Shown in pieces: positions 1 through 9,800 of a DNA stretch of 55,990 nt. Under the pieces are notes generated by a model, which saw nothing but the letters and a program-made list of their open reading frames with translations, was not told the origin of the DNA and did not search any database. A program made the translations under genes and the position numbers. Numbering within the stretch: the stretch's first letter is position 1; the number at the start of each line of letters is the position of its first letter. The stretch covers positions 1 through 55,990 of the forward strand of contig CAXSEW010000001.1 in the NCBI GenBank assembly GCA_964236185.1, read 5' to 3'. Origin of the DNA: an uncultured Nakamurella sp. Lineage in GTDB: Bacteria; Actinomycetota; Actinomycetes; Mycobacteriales; Nakamurellaceae.

Positions 1-231
1 CCCGGGGCGTCCCTGGCAGCAATCAGACGGTTTCAATCCGCCTTCGCCCGGTGAGTGCGGGTATCAGTACACCAAGGTTCAAGCAACCCCAATTACGGGC
101 ACCGAGACAATAACCTGGAACGTTAGCTGGATCGGTTCAGGCGGGTCTGGCGGCGCATTTCCTGGCCTATCATCTTCAGCCTCTTCCCAATTCATTGTCG
201 AGCAAATCGAGATCGTGACGGAGCCGCGCCG

Positions 232-939
232 ATGAAAATAGCTGATCGTAAGAACGAGCGTGGAGTTGACGTCACGGTGTCGCCGCCACGAATGAACGGC
301 GCGACGAGTATGCCGACGCCGGCGGCTCCGAAGCCTCTTCGTATGCGGCAGTCCAGGCATGGGCTGACCGCGCTGGGTGTTGTGCTGATCGTCGGCCTGG
401 GTGTGCTCGGCGGGGAGGCCTACCACTCCGCGGGCGCAAAGACGCCGGTGGTCATGGTGGTCCAGGCGGTGCCCAAAGGCCATGTGGTGACTCGCGACGA
501 TCTGGCGACGGTCGACGTTGCCGGCGCCGTGGTTGCGGTCGCCGGTGATCACATCGAGTCGGTTGTGGGGGAGACGGCGACGGTGGACCTGCTACCCGAC
601 ATGTTGTTGCAGCGGTCGATGGTCAGCGCGGGACCGGTTCTGGGTGCAGACACCGCGCAGGTCGGTGTGCTGGTCACCGGTGGACAGATCCCGGCGGACG
701 GGTTGGTCCCGGGCGACACGGTCGAGGTCTTGGCGCTGCCGGCGAAGGAAACCGTCGCGGGTGCGGCGCCGGCCACGGCCACGGTGCTGGTGGCGAAGGC
801 GACGGTGTTCTCGAGTCGGGAAGACCCGTCGTCGGTGGCGGGCACGCTGGTCACTTTGTCCGTGCCGTCGTCGACGGCTGCGGCGATCGCCAGCGCGTCG
901 GGTAACGGGCTGGTCGCGCTGGTCAAGGTGGCGCCGTGA
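232..939 (+). CDS. SAF-domain / CpaB(RcpC)-like pilus assembly protein
   Basis: N-terminal TM (GLTALGVVLIVGLGVLGG) followed by a SAF-like segment (VPKGHVVTRDDL...VVGETATVDLLPDMLL). First gene of the tad operon; stop overlaps the next start (GTGA). True start may be downstream. Confidence 0.72.
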   Translation: MKIADRKNERGVDVTVSPPRMNGATSMPTPAAPKPLRMRQSRHGLTALGVVLIVGLGVLGGEAYHSAGAKTPVVMVVQAVPKGHVVTRDDLATVDVAGAVVAVAGDHIESVVGETATVDLLPDMLLQRSMVSAGPVLGADTAQVGVLVTGGQIPADGLVPGDTVEVLALPAKETVAGAAPATATVLVAKATVFSSREDPSSVAGTLVTLSVPSSTAAAIASASGNGLVALVKVAP

Positions 940-1802
940 TCGTCGGGGTGTGCTCGGACAAGGGGTCGCCGGGCGCGACCACCTTGGCGGTGGCGTTGGG
1001 GCTGGTGTGGCCTGGCGACCGCGCTGTTGTCGAATGCGATCCGTCCGGCGGAGCCCTGACTTTTCGCATGCGGCATGGCTTGTCGGGCGAAATGCTCTAC
1101 CCGGAACCGACGATCGCGTCGATGGCCGCAGTCGTCCGGATGGGGATCTCTGGTGACGGGATCCGACGGTTCTGCCAGCCCACCTCGCTCGGCGTCCCCG
1201 TGATCCCAGGGCCGCTCACCGCGCAGAAGTGGGTGCCGGTACGTGGCCTGTGGCCGCAGATCGCTCAGGAGCTGCAGGGTTGGTCCGGCACTGCCATCGC
1301 CGATCTGGGCAGGATGCAGCCCGGTAACGCGGCCCTGCCGATCGCTCAGGCCGCGACTGCGGTGCTGCTGGTCGGCCGCGCCGACACCGAGGGGTTGTAC
1401 GGGCTGCGGGAACGTGCGGCGTCGCTGGCGCACGTCCTGGGCGATCCGAACCGCGACCGGCCCTCGGTCGCGGTCGTCGTGACCGGTCCGCCCAGCAGCC
1501 GTCATCAAGCGACGAAAGCGGTCAAGGAGATGTTGGCCTCGGCTGGGTCGCCGGTGCCGGTGGCGGGGTTCTTCGCCCACGACCCAGCCGGCGCCGCTCG
1601 ATTCTGGGCGGGCGAGGTGACCAAGAAGGTCGCCAAGTCGGAGCTGATTCAGTCGGCGCAGGCTCTGACCGAAACGGTCTTCGGATGGTGGCCGGAATTA
1701 GCGCCGGCCGAACCAGACTCGGGCGATCCGGAGCTGGACCTGCCGGTTGGGGCCGGCGTGACCGGCGCCGCGGCGACGGCGGATGAGGGGATGCACCGGT
1801 GA
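936..1802 (+). CDS. ParA/MinD-like ATPase (TadZ/CpaE-like)
   Basis: N-terminal deviant Walker A SDKGSPGATT, VVECDPSGG and IADLGR motifs; position immediately upstream of tadA. Confidence 0.72.
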   Translation: MIVGVCSDKGSPGATTLAVALGLVWPGDRAVVECDPSGGALTFRMRHGLSGEMLYPEPTIASMAAVVRMGISGDGIRRFCQPTSLGVPVIPGPLTAQKWVPVRGLWPQIAQELQGWSGTAIADLGRMQPGNAALPIAQAATAVLLVGRADTEGLYGLRERAASLAHVLGDPNRDRPSVAVVVTGPPSSRHQATKAVKEMLASAGSPVPVAGFFAHDPAGAARFWAGEVTKKVAKSELIQSAQALTETVFGWWPELAPAEPDSGDPELDLPVGAGVTGAAATADEGMHR

Positions 1803-3154
1803 GCGAGGACCTGCTCGACTATGTGCTGATCAAGACGCTGCAGATGCAGGTCGCCGATGAGATGACCGACCGCAAGCAGCGGCGTGAGGCGGCCGGCGAG
1901 CGTGAGCTGTTCCGCGCCGACGAGCGTCAGATGGCCCGCAGCCTGATCCACGCGGCCGTCTCACGCCACATGCAACGCATGATGTCCAACGGCGTCGACC
2001 TGCCCGACGCGTCCTACGACGAACGCCTGATCCAGGCCATCTACGAGGCGATGTACGAGGCGGGCCCGATCTCCGGCCTGTTGAACAACGACCTCATCGA
2101 GAACATCAACATCAACGGCTGCGACGAGGTGTGGGTCACATACGCCGATGAACGTCGCAAGGTGCGGGTCAGCCCAGTCACCGCGAATGACGAGGATCTG
2201 ATCGCTCTGGTGCAGACGTTGGCCTCCTACGGCGGTCTGAACGCGCGGCCGTTTTCTCGAGCGCACCCGCAACTGGACATCCGGCTGCCGGATGGCTCCC
2301 GTCTGTCAGCGGTGATGAACGCCAGCGAACGGCCGGCGGTGTCGATCCGCCGTAACCGCTACCCGCAGATGACGTTGCCCGAGCTGGTGCGCCTGGGCAC
2401 CGTCGACGAGCAGCTGGCCGCGTTCCTGAAGGCCGCGGTGCTGGCCCGGTGCAACATCGTGGTCGCCGGCGCCACCGACGCCGGAAAAACGACCGGACTC
2501 CGAGCTTTGATCAACTGTGTGCCCGCCGGCGAAAGGATCTTGACGGTCGAGCGGGCCCTGGAGTTGGGCCTGCGTCGCTTTCCGGAGCTGCACCCGGACG
2601 TGGTCGAGTTCGAGGAGATCCTCCCGGACTCCGACGGCCGCGGCGGCATCTCGATGCGCGAGCTGGTCATCCGAACCCGACGCATGGACCCCAGCCGCGT
2701 CATCTTCGGCGAGGTCCTGGGCCCGGAGTCGATGGAGATGCTCAACGCGATGAGCCAGGGCAACAACGGGTGTCTGTCGACCATTCACGCCCGGTCGGCG
2801 GTGGATGTGTTCTCCCGGCTGGCGACCTACAACGCCCAGTACGAAGGGCTGCCGTTCGAGGTCACCCACGCCCTGATCTCGAGCGCGATCGACTTCGTGG
2901 TGTTTATCGAGAAGAACCGCAAGTTCGGCGGCCGCCGCTGCGTCACCACGGTGTACGAGGTGTCGGGATTTGCCGAGGGGCGAGTCTCGGGTGGTTCGAT
3001 CTTCGCTTCCTCGTCGGTGGACGGCCGGGCGGTGCGCACCAAGACGAGCATCACCGAGGCGCGACGGCTGGAACTGGAGGACGTCGGCTATAACGACTCC
3101 GCTGCGGCCTGGGCCCTCCTCGACGACGACGCCGCCTGGAACCTCAAGGGCTGA
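1799..3154 (+). CDS. tadA: CpaF/TadA pilus assembly ATPase (VirB11-like)
   Basis: Walker A GATDAGKTT, ILTVERALEL (Asp box), RMDPSRVIFGEV, LSTIHARS (His box), RLPDGSRL. Confidence 0.93.
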   Translation: MSEDLLDYVLIKTLQMQVADEMTDRKQRREAAGERELFRADERQMARSLIHAAVSRHMQRMMSNGVDLPDASYDERLIQAIYEAMYEAGPISGLLNNDLIENININGCDEVWVTYADERRKVRVSPVTANDEDLIALVQTLASYGGLNARPFSRAHPQLDIRLPDGSRLSAVMNASERPAVSIRRNRYPQMTLPELVRLGTVDEQLAAFLKAAVLARCNIVVAGATDAGKTTGLRALINCVPAGERILTVERALELGLRRFPELHPDVVEFEEILPDSDGRGGISMRELVIRTRRMDPSRVIFGEVLGPESMEMLNAMSQGNNGCLSTIHARSAVDVFSRLATYNAQYEGLPFEVTHALISSAIDFVVFIEKNRKFGGRRCVTTVYEVSGFAEGRVSGGSIFASSSVDGRAVRTKTSITEARRLELEDVGYNDSAAAWALLDDDAAWNLKG

Positions 3155-3163
3155 GAGGAGACA

Positions 3164-4153
3164 TTGATGGTGCTACCCGATCTGAATTTCCTGCTGGCCG
3201 TGCTGTGGGCGGGTCTGCTGGGCGGCGCCGTGGTGATGGTCGTCGTGGGCATCCGCGGCGTCACTGTCATCCCGGGAAAACCGCCGACCCGGCTGCAACT
3301 GTGGGCTCGGTCCCTCCGCCAGCCGCTCGTCAGTATTCGTGTGGCCGTCGCGGTCGGGGTGTTCGCCGCGATGCTGTTGTTCACCCGCTGGCCGGTCGCC
3401 GCGGCGGCGCTGGCCGGTCTGGTGTTGTTCTGGCCGGCGCTGTTCGGCGGGGCCCGGGCGGAGCAGATGCAGACGGCTCGCCTGGAAGCGCTCGTTGTTT
3501 GGACAGAAGCGTTACGCGACACCATGGCCGCGCACGCCAGCCTGGAACAGGCGATCCCAGCAACCGTGGCGAACTCATCTCCGCTGCTGCGGCCCGCCCT
3601 GCTGCAACTGCAGGGACAGCTCTCGGCTCGGGTGCCGATGGAAACCGCGCTGCTCCGGCTGGCAGCAACTCTGTCCGACAACTCGGCCGACCGGATTATC
3701 GGTCCGTTGATCTTGAACAGCCAACGTCGCGGCGACAAACTCGGTGACGCCCTGAACATGCTGTCGGTGACGGCCCGCGAAGAACTCGACCTGCGCCGCA
3801 AGGTCACCGCCGGCCGCGCCGAGATCCGCCGGGGTTTCCGAATTCTGGTCATCATCACGCTGGGCTTCGGGGGGTACTTCGCGCTGTTCGGCGGCGACTA
3901 CATGAAGCCCTACAACACCGCTGGCGGCCAGGTGGCCTTGGCAGTGGTGTGCGCGCTGTTCGTGGTCGGGTTCGCTTGGATGCGCAAGCTGGCCGGCGGG
4001 ACTCCTCGAGAACCCTTGTTGGCCCGCCCCGGGGCGGCATTGGATGCCGAAGAGCTGCGGCTGGTGGCGATGCTGACCGACACCGCCCGCGCCCAGCCGG
4101 TGCGGATGGTCAACCCACCGATCACGACCACAAACGGTGGGGGTCGGCGATGA
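3164..4153 (+). CDS. tadB: TadB-like inner membrane platform protein (T2SS F domain)
   Basis: Several TM helices, WTEALRDTMAAHASLEQAI motif, YMKPYNTAGGQVAL; directly follows tadA. Confidence 0.82.
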   Translation: MMVLPDLNFLLAVLWAGLLGGAVVMVVVGIRGVTVIPGKPPTRLQLWARSLRQPLVSIRVAVAVGVFAAMLLFTRWPVAAAALAGLVLFWPALFGGARAEQMQTARLEALVVWTEALRDTMAAHASLEQAIPATVANSSPLLRPALLQLQGQLSARVPMETALLRLAATLSDNSADRIIGPLILNSQRRGDKLGDALNMLSVTAREELDLRRKVTAGRAEIRRGFRILVIITLGFGGYFALFGGDYMKPYNTAGGQVALAVVCALFVVGFAWMRKLAGGTPREPLLARPGAALDAEELRLVAMLTDTARAQPVRMVNPPITTTNGGGRR

Positions 4154-5076
4154 TCGAGCTGGCCTTGATCGGCGCCGGCATCGGCGCGGTGGTGTTCTGG
4201 ATGGTGCTGCGCCTGGTTCCGCGTAGGGACTCCCCGCTGGTGCAACTGGCAAAGCTGGACGCGATGTTTGCCAGCGGCGACTCTTGGATGCGCATCCAGC
4301 CGCAACGAACCGCCGAGCACGTCGGCGGCCGGGAAGGCGCAGAGACCAAGCTCGGCGGCTGGGTGACCGTCCTGATGACCAAACGCGGCTACTCCTACAC
4401 CAGCCTGCGCCAGGACCTGGCCCTGACCGGCAAGACGTTCGAGGCCACGATGGGCCGCAAGGTCGTCGGGTTCGCCGTCGGGTTCATCCTGTCGTTGGTC
4501 GCCGTCGTGGCGGTGACCGTGTTCGGTGGGGTGCACCTGCCCCCCGGTGCCCCGGTGATCGCCGCGTTCGGAGCCGGTATCGGCTTCTTCTTCCTCCCCG
4601 ACCTCGATGCCCGCTCAACGGCCGCGAAACGCCGCGCAGACTTCGAGGACGCCTTCGGCGCCTACCAATCGTGGGTGGCGCTGGACATGGCCGGCTCGGC
4701 CGCTCCGGAAGAGGCGCTGCCCTCGGCGGCTCAAGTCGGCAGCGGATGGCCGATGGCGCTGCTCCGCGACACCCTGTACCGGGCCCGGCTGGCCAAGCGC
4801 AGCGAATGGGATGCCTTCGCCGAACTCGGCATCCGAATCGGTGTCGACGACCTCCGGGATCTCGGTCAACTGGTCAAGCTCGTGGCTCAGGACGGGGCCA
4901 AGGTGCGCGAGACACTGACCGCCCGGTCGACCACGATGCGCCGCCGGCAGTTGGCGGTCGAGCAGGGTGTCGCGGGGGAGCGGGACCAGTCGATGCGGCT
5001 GGCTCAGATCGTGGTCGGGATGGGCTTCATTGTCTTCTTGGGCTACCCGGCCGTCGCGGCCATCGCAGGGCTTTGA
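4150..5076 (+). CDS. tadC: TadC-like inner membrane platform protein (T2SS F domain)
   Basis: ATG at 4150 overlaps the tadB stop (ATGA). TM segments, FFLPDLD, APEEAL, DGAKVRETLTARS and C-terminal FLGYPA. Confidence 0.82.
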   Translation: MIELALIGAGIGAVVFWMVLRLVPRRDSPLVQLAKLDAMFASGDSWMRIQPQRTAEHVGGREGAETKLGGWVTVLMTKRGYSYTSLRQDLALTGKTFEATMGRKVVGFAVGFILSLVAVVAVTVFGGVHLPPGAPVIAAFGAGIGFFFLPDLDARSTAAKRRADFEDAFGAYQSWVALDMAGSAAPEEALPSAAQVGSGWPMALLRDTLYRARLAKRSEWDAFAELGIRIGVDDLRDLGQLVKLVAQDGAKVRETLTARSTTMRRRQLAVEQGVAGERDQSMRLAQIVVGMGFIVFLGYPAVAAIAGL

Positions 5077-5209
5077 GAGGAGGTGAGATCACCGGCCACA
5101 TCCCATTGACCAACAGCGGATGCTCGAACGCCAAGGGGCGAGCGGGTGGATCAGTCGTCACCGGAAGCAACCGTTGCTCCGGCGCAAAGCAGCAGGGAAA
5201 GGAACTCTC

Positions 5210-5410
5210 ATGACCAAGCTCCCCACCGAGGTCCAGTTCCTCTGGGCCTGGTACCAGGTGCAGGCACGCAAGATCCGCGAGGACAACGACCGCGGCGAGA
5301 TGATCAACACGGCCATCGTCGTGGGGATCCTCGCGGTCATCGGGATCACCGTCGGGGTCATCCTGATGACCAAGGCCAAGAGCGCGGCCAACAACATCAA
5401 GACCCAGTAA
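5210..5410 (+). CDS. Flp-type major pilin candidate (66 aa)
   Basis: RBS GAAAGGAA; charged leader ending DRG, then a hydrophobic helix (EMINTAIVVGILAVIGITVGVILM); located between tadC and the tadE-like genes. Confidence 0.7.
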   Translation: MTKLPTEVQFLWAWYQVQARKIREDNDRGEMINTAIVVGILAVIGITVGVILMTKAKSAANNIKTQ

Positions 5411-5421
5411 TCAGGGTCGAG

Positions 5422-5850
5422 ATGGTGAAAGCCATGGGTAGGTGGCGGGCGAGTGCGGTGCGCCGGTGGCGCACCGTCTCGTCCGCCGCCGACCGCGGTT
5501 ACAACGTCATCGAAGCGGTCATCGTCGTGCCGCTCCTGATCGTGTTCACCCTGCTCGTGGTGCAGCTGGCGTTGCTCTGGCACGGCCGGCACGTCGCCGA
5601 GGCCGCCGCGCAGGCAGCGGCAAGATCGGCCGCCGGTTATCGCTCCACCGCCGAAGTCGGGCGCACCGACGGCGCCAATTACCTAGCCCAGGTCGCCCCT
5701 AACCTCCTGCAGTCGCCGAGCGTGCAGGTCGACCGTTCCGCCCGCACCGTGACCGTCACGGTCAAAGCCCGGGTCATAACTGTGGTCCCGTTCGCCGACT
5801 TCACCGTCAGCGAGGTGGCCGCCGCACCGGTCGAGGTGTTCACCAACTGA
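5422..5850 (+). CDS. tadE: TadE family pseudopilin
   Basis: DRG|YNVIEAVIVVPLL prepilin motif (Glu at +5) and AAAQAAARSAA. Start 5422 or 5434. Confidence 0.8.
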   Translation: MVKAMGRWRASAVRRWRTVSSAADRGYNVIEAVIVVPLLIVFTLLVVQLALLWHGRHVAEAAAQAAARSAAGYRSTAEVGRTDGANYLAQVAPNLLQSPSVQVDRSARTVTVTVKARVITVVPFADFTVSEVAAAPVEVFTN

Positions 5851-6359
5851 TGAGGAAGAAGGGGCAGACCGATATGACGAGACCGTTCGTCGATGCGCTG
5901 CGCCGCGTGCCCCCGGCTGTGCGCCGCGTGGCCACGCGCCGGCCACGCGGCGATCGCGGGTCATCGATCGTCGAGCTGGCCATCGTCATGCCAGTCGTCA
6001 TCGTGCTGATGTTCGTCATGGTCGCGTTGGGCCGGTACAGCCACAGCAAGATCGTGGTCGAGCAGGCCGCCTCGGCCGCTGCCCGCGCGGCGTCACTGAC
6101 CAACAGCCCCGGAGCTGCCAGCCGCGCCGCGCAGGACGCCGTAGCGGCCACACTTTCCGGCGCCGGGCTGGCCTGCGCCCACGTCAGCGCCCCGGTCGAC
6201 ACGTCCACGTTCCGACCCGGCGGGGAGGTCTCGGTGACGGTCACCTGCACGGCGGACCTGTCTGAGCTGGCCCTGGCCGGCGTACCCGGTTCGTCGTCAC
6301 TCACGTTCACCGCGGTAGCGCCACTCGAGCAGTTCCGAGCATTCGCCACCAGCCGATGA
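5850..6359 (+). CDS. tadE: TadE family pseudopilin
   Basis: DRG|SSIVELAIVMP motif, QAASAAARAASL and a Cys pair (LAC...VTC). Alternative start 5874. Confidence 0.8.
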   Translation: MRKKGQTDMTRPFVDALRRVPPAVRRVATRRPRGDRGSSIVELAIVMPVVIVLMFVMVALGRYSHSKIVVEQAASAAARAASLTNSPGAASRAAQDAVAATLSGAGLACAHVSAPVDTSTFRPGGEVSVTVTCTADLSELALAGVPGSSSLTFTAVAPLEQFRAFATSR

Positions 6360-6832
6360 CCATCCACCACCCACTCCGCTGGGTTCGATCCCGCATCCAG
6401 CGGATCCGCGCCTCCAGCGCCGACCGTGGATCAGCGGCCCTATGGCTGGCCTTCACCATGGTCGGGCTACTGGCGTTCGCCGGGCTGGTCCTCGACGGCG
6501 GCGTCGCCCTCGCGGCCCGCGGCCAGGCCGCCGACGTCGCACAACAGGCGGCCCGGGCCGGCGCGGACGCGTTATCCCCGACCGCGGTGTTCAGCGGCGG
6601 CGGAGCCGGCAACCTGGCCGCCCAGGAAGCGGCGGCCAACACCGCGGCGCATCGGGTGCTCGCGGCCGCCGGCGTCACCGGCGAAGTCGACGTCACCGCA
6701 AAGTTGGTGACGGTGACCGCGCATGCGTCCAAACCGACCGAAATTTTGTCGGCGATAGGTATCAACACCGTGTCTGGAACCGCGTCGGCGACAGCCGTCC
6801 CGCTGTTGGGCACGACTACGGCTGGAGGATGA
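6356..6832 (+). CDS. TadG/TadE-like pseudopilin
   Basis: DRG|SAALWLAF, GLVLDGG and AQQAARAGA motifs typical of Tad_N proteins; coupled by ATGA overlaps. Confidence 0.75.
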   Translation: MTIHHPLRWVRSRIQRIRASSADRGSAALWLAFTMVGLLAFAGLVLDGGVALAARGQAADVAQQAARAGADALSPTAVFSGGGAGNLAAQEAAANTAAHRVLAAAGVTGEVDVTAKLVTVTAHASKPTEILSAIGINTVSGTASATAVPLLGTTTAGG

Positions 6833-9800
6833 CGATGCGGTGGCTTCGGGCTCTGTTCGCGTTCCTAGTGTCGATCGCGCTTCTGGTCGGCATCCCAATA
6901 CTTCTGCTCAAGGTCGTCGGCAACCCTTGGTCTGGCGTCCACGAAATGTTCACGGCCGGAAACATGACCGATCAGGGCGTCCTAGACGTCCTGGCTGTCA
7001 TCGCGCTCGGCGCCGCCGCGGTTGTCTGGCTTCAGTTCACCGCAGCGTTCATCGCCGAATTCGCCTCCGTGCGCCGAGCGGTGAAGTACGGCCGACGCCC
7101 CGCCCGCCCTCGGCATCTGCCGCTGGTCTTGACCAGTCAAAGCCGGCTGGCGCATTCGCTGGTCACAGCGCTGCTCCTGATCGGGCCGGCGCTGTTCTCC
7201 GCTGTCGGACCGGGCGTGACCGCCGCGTTCGCGGCAGCGCCGGCGCCGGCCGCGACATCCTCGGCCACCGCCGGAGTTACTTCGCACGCCGCCGTTGACC
7301 ACGGACACCCCGCGACCAGTACCCCCGTTGCAACCGCCGAGAAGACCCCGGCCAAGGCATCGACGACCCCGGTCACCGTGACCAGCAGCGGACCTCGAAC
7401 CTGGTGGGACCTCGCCGAGCACTACCTGGGGGCCGGCGATCGCTGGCAGCAACTGTGGAACCTCAATCAAGGCCAGACCCAGCCCGACGGAACCGTGATG
7501 AGCAGCCCCAACGCCACGCTCCGGCCCGGCTGGACCGTTAGCGTGCCGGCAGCAGCTGCCGCCGCCCACGCGGCCGACCCCCCCGCCGCGCATGCGGCCC
7601 CACCGGCCGACCCCCCCGCCGCGCATGCGGCCCCACCGGCCCGCGTCGTCGTCCGCGCCGGCGACACCCTGTCCGAGATCGCCCAAGACGAACTCGGCGA
7701 CGCCGATCTCTATCCGCAACTCGCTCAGGCCAACCACATCGCTGACCCCGACGATCTGGAGGTCGGGCAGACCCTCACCATTCCTGGCACGCTGATCGAC
7801 CAGGCCGCCGACAGCCCCGGCAGCACCACAGCCGCCGGTGTGCGCGCGGTGCATGTCCAGCCCGGCGACACCCTGTCTGAGATCGCTCAGCGGGAAATGG
7901 GCAGCGCCGACCTCTACCACCAGCTCGCGGCCGCCAACCACATCACGGACCCGGATGACATCGACGCCGGGGCGGTCCTTGTCATCCCGACCCCGGCAAC
8001 ATCCACGGCAACCCCGACAGCGCACACGACGACCCCAACAACACACCCGGCCACCCCAACCGGGTACACCACTCCGCCGCGCACCATGAACCACAACCCC
8101 CCGCACCTCACACCAGCGCCCGGGCACTCGGCCACGCCCACCCACTCCTCCAGCACATCGAGCGCTGCCACCCCGACCAACGCAGCCGCCCCGCCCGGTG
8201 CGATTGGACAGAACACCAGGCAGCCACCGGCGCCCACCCGGCCGACCTCAGCGCCGCAGCACCCGACGACCGCTACCGCACAGCCCGCGGCAGCAGCCTC
8301 GGATTCCGCGTTCGCGGAGATCGTCGGCGGAATAGGCGGTGGACTAGGCGCGGTTCTTCTCGCCGGTATCGCGGTGGCCCGGCGTCGCAAGGGCCGCAAA
8401 CGACCCACCGGCGAGGTTCCCCGCCCGGTGAGCCTGCCCGCGACCCGAGTTGAGCGGCACCTGCGTGAGCGTGCCGGCGGCGCCGACGTGGCTTGGATGG
8501 ATACAGCCCTGCGGTCTGCAGCTGCCCTGTGTGCGGACCGCCCCGCCGACCAGTTGCCCGATGTCACCGCCGTCTGGCTGTCCAAGCAAGAACTGCAACT
8601 CCAGCTGGCCACAGCCGTCCCTGCGCCGGAACCGTTCATCGCCGAGGGCACCGATTGGGTACTCCCGACCGGTACTGAACTCTCGGATCGGACAGAAACG
8701 GCGTCCCCGTTCCCGGCGCTGGTAAGCCTCGGCGAGTCCGACGGCGAAACGTTCCTCGTCGACCTGGAACGGATCGGTGCCCTGACCGTCACCGGCGACA
8801 AGCAGCACACTGCTGACCTGTTGCGCCACATCGCCGTCGAATATGGTCATTCGCTGTGGTCGGACCACTTGCAGGTCTACCTGGTGGGCTGGGGTCAGTC
8901 GGTGGTCGCGCTGCGACCGGATCGCCTGTCCTACGCACCATCGATCAGCGACATCGTGACGATGCTGAAGGGCCGGCTGCGCGAAGTCCATGAAGTCCAG
9001 GCCGAAGGTGCCATCACAGTCCTGCAGTCACGCATCAGCGACCAGCACACCGTCGAAGATCCATGGACCCCGACGATCCTGCTGATCGACGCGCACGCCG
9101 CCGAGGACTTGGAGCCACTCGCAGAGGTCCTGCGCGGCCTGAGCGGCGCCGGGAGGTCGGCTGTGGCCGTCGTGACGCGAACAGAACAGGTCGTCGCCGG
9201 CAGTGCCACCGCCCACATCGAACCCGACGGCCAGCTGCAGCTGCCCGCAGTTCTGTCCAACCAGCTGCGTGTGCAAGCGGCCGGCCTGACCCAGGCCGCG
9301 CTCGACGAGCTGCTCGAGCTGTTCGCGGCAGCCGGCCAATTCTCCAAGCCGGGCCCGGTGTCTGACACCACCGAGACGTGGTCGTCGGACATGTCCGTCA
9401 TGGGATCCCTACTCGCCCCATCCACGACAGCAGCCGTTGCCGACCCCGGCCATGTGGCCGAGCCACCGCCCGCGACAGCCGTGGCCGACGAGGACAGCAC
9501 CGACAAGCAAACCGATGCCGACCGTGACGACGAGACAGCTGAGGTCGACCACGCCGGCCAGGTGGTGCCACTTCGTCCGGCGCTGGCCGAGGAGCAGCAG
9601 GTACTAGCCAAGGTTCTGTCCGATGACAGCGACCTCGACGCTGATGTCGACGAGTGGTGGATCAACGCCCCCGACGACGTCGACCCCGACGCCGACAAGA
9701 CCTGGGTCCGCCGCCCCCGCATCGGCGTCCTGGGTACGCCCCTGGTCCTGACCCGCGGCAAGAAACCGGCCGACCGCATCAACCGGTTCACTGAAATGGC

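Noticed and set aside
15-45. Possible IS30-like end (TTTCAATCCGCC) at the window start
   Set aside because: The TGTTGC inner part of the IR is missing, and no partner or transposase is visible.
5100-5200. c-di-GMP-I riboswitch (GGCGCAAAGC seen before the pilin gene)
   Set aside because: The GGCAAA...GAAA tetraloop arm and receptor are not present; only a short word matches.
6442-6828. N-terminal extension of the 1348-aa ORF
   Set aside because: Arg-rich off-frame read of the overlapping pseudopilin gene; the real start is the coupled ATG at 6829.
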